Assembly: GCF_000299365.1 (NCBI RefSeq)
Contig: NC_018655.1
Span: 1,020,001 to 1,052,000, forward strand
Direction: 5' to 3'
DNA from: Candidatus Nitrosopumilus koreensis AR1
GTDB taxonomy: Archaea > Thermoproteota > Nitrososphaeria > Nitrososphaerales > Nitrosopumilaceae
DNA: 32,000 bases
The notes under the pieces are model-generated. The model was given only the letters and a program-made list of their open reading frames with translations, searched no databases and was not told the DNA's origin. This document shows positions 26,143 through 32,000 of the stretch, in pieces. Position 1 is the stretch's first letter. Every line of letters begins with the position of its first letter. Position numbers and translations under genes: made by a program.

Positions 26143-28074
26143 TCATTTTAATTCGGATTTAGTACTTATCCAATCTAAAGGAATTAGTTTTTCCCCATTT
26201 CGCCATCTCTCTCTAATACATGATTGGAATTTTGTATCAGCAGGTTCTGCATGTTCTGTTATGATGACTTGCAATTGCCCTTTTGATTCCTCTACAGTGT
26301 TAAAAATCAAATTAAAGACTCTTGCTAATGATTTTTCATCATCACTACTGAGTTGTTTGGTTTTTACTGATTTGTCTTGTGGATAATAAACCTGAGATGG
26401 TTGATCAAAAATAATGAATCTGGGAACGGGTCTTGAATGTTTTCTAAAAAACTGATGTAGAGCTAAATGTGTAATTATATGATACCCCATCCAATTTTTC
26501 CCACTTCCCGTATTTCTCAATGAAATTGGATTGCCATCTCTTTCTATAATTAGAGTCAATTTGTTTAAATCAAGTTTTATAGGGTATTCTGAATGTTCTA
26601 ATTCTAATTCTCGTGACCACTCTGTCATGAGATCGCTAATTTCATTCAGCGCTTTTTTCGTTTTACGTTCAATTAGACTATCATCAAGAATCTTCTCAAT
26701 TTCCTCAATTTTTGTTTTTGTTTTTATGGTGTTTTTTAATCCTAAATTCTCATCTGATGCATCCACATTTTCTAACCAGAATTTGATTTTTCCAATAATT
26801 TCAGATTTCATCATTTGAATATTTCTTAAATCCTGTTCTTTTTGATGGTACTTTAAAATTGAATTAATTTGTGTGAGCAATTGATTTCTGTCAAAAATTA
26901 TTTTTTCACGTTTATCTTCTAATGAATTCAGATATTTTTGAATATGGGGTTTTTCTTTTTGTGTCCCTTCAAGAGATTTTGCTAAATCTTGAATTGAATT
27001 GTTGATTGAATTAACTTGAGAAATTTTTGTTTTTAGTTCACTTTCACATAATGGACACACAGTAGAATCATGTTTCAATATGTCAAAAAGTCCTAAAGTA
27101 TCTAAGCGTTGTTTTTGAAATTCCATTTCTGTAGCATATGATGCAATCTCCTCATGAGCTTTTTTTAGGTCACTAATTTTTTCATCTAGATAAGATAATT
27201 CCTTATCTGTTTTTTTGATCTTTTCTTGTAATTCAAACAGTCGGCTATCTTTAGGTAAATCTAACGACTCAATTTGAGATTTAGCTGCTTTTTCAAGAAT
27301 TTTTTGATTGTGTTTTATGTCTCCTAATTGGGTATTTGAAGGAATAAGCCCATATTCTTTGGCCTCTGCAATTAATCCAATAGTTTTTGATATGCCTTCT
27401 CCACGAATTGACGCATATTCTTTTTCCTCTTGTTCTAATCTAAACAACTCTCTTCTAATTTTCATTAATTCAAATTCCAACATCATTAGATTGTCTGGAA
27501 TTGCTCCAAGAAAATATGGGGTTACCACGGATAATGTTTTAGGAATCCATTCTTCATCTTGTCTATGGAATAAAATTTTCTTTGAAGCTATTTCTGACTG
27601 ATATTGAAAACAAAATAATGAACTATGGTTAAAATTTACAGAAATTGGGACATTCATATTTTTTGAGATAGAAAGTTTTAGTTCAGAGGGAATACCTATC
27701 TCTGAAGTTAGTTTGTTGCGAACTACATCTGTTGTGATATTTTCATGAGGGGTTTTAGAAGGAGATGTTAATTTTGCATTTTTTTCAAAATATGCTTTTG
27801 TAGATGAATTTTTTCCAGGATTGGGATTTTTACGAGCAATGAAAATTCTTTCATTTTTCATTTGAAGCAGTACTCCATACCAATCAACAGTTTCTCTAAT
27901 TGGGCCTGCAGGAATTGTACATGTGTCGCTTCCAAAACAATATTCAAGTATATCTACTAAAGATGATTTTCCAGTTGTCGAATCTCCAGTGATGATGTTT
28001 GTTGCCCCTAAATGAAATTCTACTTTTCTAATTTTTCCATTTTTTCCATATAGAACAATTTCTTTTATTTGCAT
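26143..28074 (-). CDS. ABC-3C system ATPase, DUF3732-like, Rad50/SMC-related with zinc-hook CPLC
   Basis: Walker A GDSTTGKSS; hook TVCPLCESEL within coiled coil; GSGKNWMGYHI signature region; Walker B RFIIFDQPSQVYYP; terminal IITEHAE. Confidence 0.85.
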   Translation of the reverse strand: MQIKEIVLYGKNGKIRKVEFHLGATNIITGDSTTGKSSLVDILEYCFGSDTCTIPAGPIRETVDWYGVLLQMKNERIFIARKNPNPGKNSSTKAYFEKNAKLTSPSKTPHENITTDVVRNKLTSEIGIPSELKLSISKNMNVPISVNFNHSSLFCFQYQSEIASKKILFHRQDEEWIPKTLSVVTPYFLGAIPDNLMMLEFELMKIRRELFRLEQEEKEYASIRGEGISKTIGLIAEAKEYGLIPSNTQLGDIKHNQKILEKAAKSQIESLDLPKDSRLFELQEKIKKTDKELSYLDEKISDLKKAHEEIASYATEMEFQKQRLDTLGLFDILKHDSTVCPLCESELKTKISQVNSINNSIQDLAKSLEGTQKEKPHIQKYLNSLEDKREKIIFDRNQLLTQINSILKYHQKEQDLRNIQMMKSEIIGKIKFWLENVDASDENLGLKNTIKTKTKIEEIEKILDDSLIERKTKKALNEISDLMTEWSRELELEHSEYPIKLDLNKLTLIIERDGNPISLRNTGSGKNWMGYHIITHLALHQFFRKHSRPVPRFIIFDQPSQVYYPQDKSVKTKQLSSDDEKSLARVFNLIFNTVEESKGQLQVIITEHAEPADTKFQSCIRERWRNGEKLIPLDWISTKSELK

Positions 28075-28562
28075 TATGGTTTTACTCCCAATGATGAATA
28101 AATTGATTCAATTTTTCTCGTTTTTGCAAACCAGCGTCCTATAGTTTCAGCTTTTTTAAAACATTCAGTTTTTTCATCATGTACATCATCTATGGTGTCG
28201 TTAATTTGATAATTCAAGACAGTTATTGACGCGTTATTATCTAATGAAATTTGATTTTGTTCTAACAAAAACCAAAATGAATTTTTTGTTACAGGAACCA
28301 AATCTTTTGCAATTTTATGAAAATGTATCAAAATTTCTGAATTCATATTTAACCAATTTGAGAAATTTTGACGTGAACCATATTCAATTTTTTCCCTAGT
28401 TTCTTTATGCAAAACTAACGGAAGTATTAGGAATAAGAGTGGAAAAGGCATGGGTCTGGTGGAATATTTTGTATATTTTTTGACACATCTGCGCAAAATT
28501 TCTGCACAGAACGCAGGATTAAAGAGATTGAAAATCTCTCGTGATTCATTCGTTTGATTCAT
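28074..28562 (-). CDS. ABC-3C middle component-like protein
   Basis: FNLFNPAFCAEILRRCVKKY and PFPLLFLILPLVLHKETREKI resemble three-component ABC middle components; overlaps both neighbours. Confidence 0.75.
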   Translation of the reverse strand: MNQTNESREIFNLFNPAFCAEILRRCVKKYTKYSTRPMPFPLLFLILPLVLHKETREKIEYGSRQNFSNWLNMNSEILIHFHKIAKDLVPVTKNSFWFLLEQNQISLDNNASITVLNYQINDTIDDVHDEKTECFKKAETIGRWFAKTRKIESIYSSLGVKP

Positions 28563-29761
28563 TTTTATCCATTTTCGAAATTTTAGTTTTGTAATCTGGA
28601 TGCCATCCTATTTCTTCTTTATCCGACAGTATCTGAAAAGTGCCACGTCTAACAAAAGGAGATTTACATAATGGTCTTATACACAATGCATCAGTTCCAT
28701 AGTTTGCCCATTGAAGTAATTCTCTACCCCGAGATTTTTTGGTATTGTCATGGGAATTATTATCTAAAGATTCTTCCATCTCGTCAAATCTTCGTTCCCA
28801 TTCTGTTCTCAATAAATTATCAAATTTTTTTAATTCATCAAAGAATATCAATTCATTTCTAATCCACTTTGATCTATGCTCACTAGCAAGGTAGAAGTCA
28901 CTCTTGCAATGTCTTTTCGTGTTATCGCCTACAGAAATCCAATCTAATTGTTTTACAAAAGTTCTGTCATCATTAGGCAAATCTTTATCAGATATGGCTG
29001 ATTCGTCAAAATAAATTGGTAAATTATCATTAGTGTATTTTCTAGATATGTCTAAAATTTTTTCTCTAACTTCATTTTTAGATATATTTCTAGATATTTG
29101 CCCCGTCAATCTAAGCAAAACTTCTCCCCACCACCAACCAAGTAATTCATCATACAAATCATTAATTCGGTTAGGAATCACACTATAATCAAGACTTGAA
29201 ATAATTGCTTTTTTATTTCATTAATTTTTGGGTATGTGTCTATGATGTAGATGTTATCTAATAGACTAAATTTTTGATAATCATCTAGCTTGTTAAATTT
29301 ATCATAATGCTTTTCATGAGAAACATCTATTTTTTTCGCGATTTCATTAATTTTTTTAAAACTGATGCAGTGTCTCTGTTTTCAGGACGTAAGTTAGTTA
29401 AGACTGAAGAATCAGAAATTTTTTGCGTAGTGATTATCATCAACATTGTGTCTTGTGGTCTCAGTTTTTTTTCAAAATATGCTTCACTCCAATTTCCCAA
29501 GGTGTTCCAAAAATCTGTACTGGAATTGGTCAATTTCCCTTTGTCATCCTTGTGGTGTTTGGTTTCTATCCCAACAATAATTTGTTCATCTTTTATGAGG
29601 GACACATCATCAAATTTTTCCAAAGCAATTTCAGTATTTTCGTTACTTTTCAACAATAAAGACAATGCAAAATATGCCTCGTAAACATACCCTACAAAGG
29701 AATCACTTGCGTCAATTTTTTTCATTGTTTGCATGCTATCATATTCATAAAATAATTGCAA
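28546..29761 (-). pseudogene. ABC-3C effector: N-terminal Cap4/DUF4297-like nuclease domain plus C-terminal ABC-3C-associated domain, split by two homopolymer frameshifts in this sequence
   Basis: Track ORFs 29327..29761 (FVGYVYEAYFALSLLL...LEKFDDVSL...GIETKHH...LTNSSTDFWNTLGNWSEAY) and 28546..29181 (VIPNRINDLYDELLGWWWGEVLLRLTG...) are bridged by EIAKKIDVSHEKHYDKFNKLDDYQKFSLLDNIYIIDTYPKINEI in a third frame. Confidence 0.75.
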
Positions 29762-29821
29762 GTACTTTAACTTGATTGCATCTCAATCTTAGTGTTTTAT
29801 GTAGAGACTTTAACCAATTCG

Positions 29822-29844
29822 AAAATTCTCCTTAAGAGAATTTT
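29822..29844 (-). terminator. Perfect 9-bp inverted repeat AAAATTCTC-CTTAA-GAGAATTTT between the recombinase stop and the ABC-3C operon
   Basis: Read directly; it lies 12 nt beyond the recombinase end. The terminator role is inference. Confidence 0.4.
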
Positions 29845-29855
29845 AAATACAATTT

Positions 29856-30998
29856 TTATTTTTGATTTTTATTTTCTTGTCTTGCAATCCAGTTCAAAAT
29901 TTTCTCATTATCTTCTTTGATTTGTTCAAGTTCAGTTTTTTCTGATTTTAATTTCTCGTTTTCAACACGCATTCTTTCATCATCAGATATAGTCAACAAT
30001 GGAATTGCCTTTTGATATTCAGAAAATCTCTCAAAATCATCTTCCTGATATCGCTCATAGTGAGATTCCAAGCCTACTTTATGACCCATCATATCCTCTT
30101 TATCCAAAAAATTTACCTTGGCACGTCTCATCATGGTGTTAAAATATTTTCGAAGACCATGTGCTAGCATAACCTTGTGGCGTTTCTTACCGGGTTCTAA
30201 CGGAGGTCTCAATCCAGCCTTTTTAGCAAGTGTGTTCATTCTTGATTCCATACCTCTTTTGCCTATTCGTTTAGGATCATGAATCCTAACTGAAATAACA
30301 AGAGGTTCAGAGTCTTTAGGATATCTCATGAATCTAGATTTCCAATATTCTTTGTACAGTTGCAGATACTTTCCAGCTTCTGGTGTAAAGTGAGTCCAGT
30401 ACTCTTCATTATCACCATGATAAACTCTCAGAGCACCGCCTTTCAATGAATTATCATCATTGTAAAAGAACAAGACATCTTCCCACGTGAAATAGTCCCA
30501 TGCCTCAATTCTAAATCCTGCTGAAGAAGAAAGCGTTATCATGATTTTATCAACAAGGTTTGTGGCATTTGCCATTAACATTTGAAGTTGTTCTCTAGAG
30601 TATGCCATGTCTTTTGACTTGCCGGGTTTTGGAATGGATTTTCCTATCATCTTCCATGAAAAGTCAATATCGTTTGCAGCAAACAATGCCTTGATTGGTT
30701 TGATTAAATTCAAAACTCTTGCAGGAGAAATCTCTTTAGAATCTACTTTCTTTTTTAATTCTCTAACATATGCATTGATAATTGATTTGCCTATCTTTAC
30801 ATCGTCTCTAACAAGAGCAACAAAGGCTTCTGTTTTGTCAGTAGTGTCAATCTTTTTTTCTTCAAAAATCTTGTCTGGAATTAAATCAAGAAACTTTTGT
30901 AGATCATTTGTGTATTTTTTGCGAGTTTTTTCATTTCTGATATAATCTAAAAAATTCTGAAAAGCAGACGATTTTACATCAGAAATATCTAATTTCAT
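29856..30998 (-). CDS. Tyrosine recombinase/integrase (archaeal type)
   Basis: SSSAGFRIEAWDYFTWEDV (catalytic Arg region), HGLRKYFNTMMRRAK (HxxR), MMGHKVGLESHYERY (GH...Y). ATG 30998 preferred over the track start 31094. Confidence 0.85.
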   Translation of the reverse strand: MKLDISDVKSSAFQNFLDYIRNEKTRKKYTNDLQKFLDLIPDKIFEEKKIDTTDKTEAFVALVRDDVKIGKSIINAYVRELKKKVDSKEISPARVLNLIKPIKALFAANDIDFSWKMIGKSIPKPGKSKDMAYSREQLQMLMANATNLVDKIMITLSSSAGFRIEAWDYFTWEDVLFFYNDDNSLKGGALRVYHGDNEEYWTHFTPEAGKYLQLYKEYWKSRFMRYPKDSEPLVISVRIHDPKRIGKRGMESRMNTLAKKAGLRPPLEPGKKRHKVMLAHGLRKYFNTMMRRAKVNFLDKEDMMGHKVGLESHYERYQEDDFERFSEYQKAIPLLTISDDERMRVENEKLKSEKTELEQIKEDNEKILNWIARQENKNQK

Positions 30999-31033
30999 AC
31001 ATTCTATAGAACTTGGGGCTATTTTAGTAAGTA

Positions 31034-31055
31034 AAATACAGGAGAGCCGACTAGT
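31034..31055. repeat. Right copy of the 22-bp direct repeat, candidate attachment core (attR), 36 nt from the recombinase start
   Basis: AAATACAGGAGAGCCGACTAGT, identical to 4541..4562. Confidence 0.6.
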
Positions 31056-31136
31056 CTCCCCCGCCCTCAGATCATAAGACCTGATGAACAACATACATTA
31101 CAAAATTTGTATAAAAACACAAAATAATTTTTGAGC

Positions 31137-31923
31137 CTAAAATCCCAACAAAACAGACTCACCGGTTAAAGAATCAAAGAATAGTTTTCCGGCTGCAATC
31201 AAAATAACCACAGATACTAGAATCTGCAGATATCTCTCCTTAACATCAATAGACAATCTTGCACCAACCAATCCTCCAATAAAAGAGCCAATTGCCAAAA
31301 ATCCTGCTTGAAGAAAATCAGGATGCCCCAAAAGACTGTGAACGATTACTCCAGATAATGAAGCAAACAACAAGATCATCTGCGAAGTTGGAGCAGCTTT
31401 CTTCATGGCCATTCCCATGCCGACAACCATCAATGGAACAAACACAATACCACCACCTATTCCAAAGAAAGAAGAGATTATTCCTGCAAAAAAGCTGGCA
31501 CCTATTGCAAAAACCATCATTTGTGCAGAGACTTTTTTTTCTTTTGTTTCAATTTTTTTTTCGCAAGAAGATGTATGCAGCTGATGCAATCAATACAAAA
31601 CCAAATAAAATTTTAAAAATGTCAGGAGCAACATCACTTGAAATAATTGCCCCAAGAACAGTTCCAGGAACTGACAACAGCCCAAGTTTTAACCCCAAGG
31701 AATATTCTATTCGTCTTTGCCTAGAATATGAAACAGTGGATGCAACAGCATTACTTAGAGCAGCAAAGAGACTATTGCTTGCAGCAGCAATTGGCGGAAA
31801 TCCTAAAAATGTTAAAACAGGAACTACAATTATTCCTCCACCCAATCCAATCATAGACCCCAACACTCCTGCTGCAAATCCCAAAAGAATTAGCCATAAT
31901 TGATCAATCATCGTATTTGCCAA
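31137..31923 (-). pseudogene. TSUP/TauE-SafE family permease, interrupted at an A9 run
   Basis: ORFs 31549..31923 (LLGFAAGVLGSMIGLGGGIIVVPVL) and 31137..31589 (FFAGIISSFFGIGGGIVFVPLMV) are the two halves of one TSUP protein; the frames overlap at 31549-31589. Confidence 0.8.
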
Positions 31924-32000
31924 TCAAAGAATTTTGTTGTATATAATTAGACGTGTTTTAAAATTATTAATGTCTGTAACACAGAATTATCTTTTGATGT

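Noticed and set aside
29307-29684. Plus-strand 125-aa ORF over the effector, and similar 29423..29659
   Set aside because: Antisense to the nuclease-like domain, which has recognisable motifs.
31034-31060. tRNA gene as integration target
   Set aside because: No T-loop consensus or cloverleaf could be recognised around either 22-bp repeat; tRNAscan/Rfam would be needed to be certain.
31292-31903. Plus-strand 203-aa ORF
   Set aside because: Antisense across both TSUP halves; the two glycine-rich TSUP motifs are on the minus strand.

Overview
AT-rich archaeal window, most consistent with an ammonia-oxidising thaumarchaeon (Nitrososphaerota, Nitrosopumilus-like). This is inferred from a PEFG-CTERM protein, NirK-like two-domain multicopper oxidases with plastocyanin tails, small CxxC/CCxC zinc-ribbon ORFs and many small extracytoplasmic proteins. 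The left and right flanks carry an NSS transporter C-terminus, an Usp protein, a PEFG-CTERM protein, a DUF3068-like histidine kinase and a TSUP permease. Between them lies a candidate integrated element of about 26.5 kb, bounded by a perfect 22-bp direct repeat at 4541..4562 and 31034..31055. The right copy is just upstream of a tyrosine recombinase. The strongest interior system is a compact three-gene operon resembling an ABC three-component (ABC-3C) conflict system: a Cap4/DUF4297-like nuclease-headed effector, a middle component, and a DUF3732/Rad50-like ATPase. Also notable: (i) a minus-strand array of small secreted or membrane proteins joined by a recurrent stop/start junction encoding MKTR leaders, plus a second recurrent 5' leader for MKY proteins; (ii) two MCO genes, one coupled to an unannotated 34-aa TM ORF; (iii) an AT-rich iteron-like region; (iv) a third, degenerate att-like site at 16.65 kb; (v) several genes broken at homopolymers, which may be consensus errors. 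All family calls are from motif recognition by eye; no database search was run.
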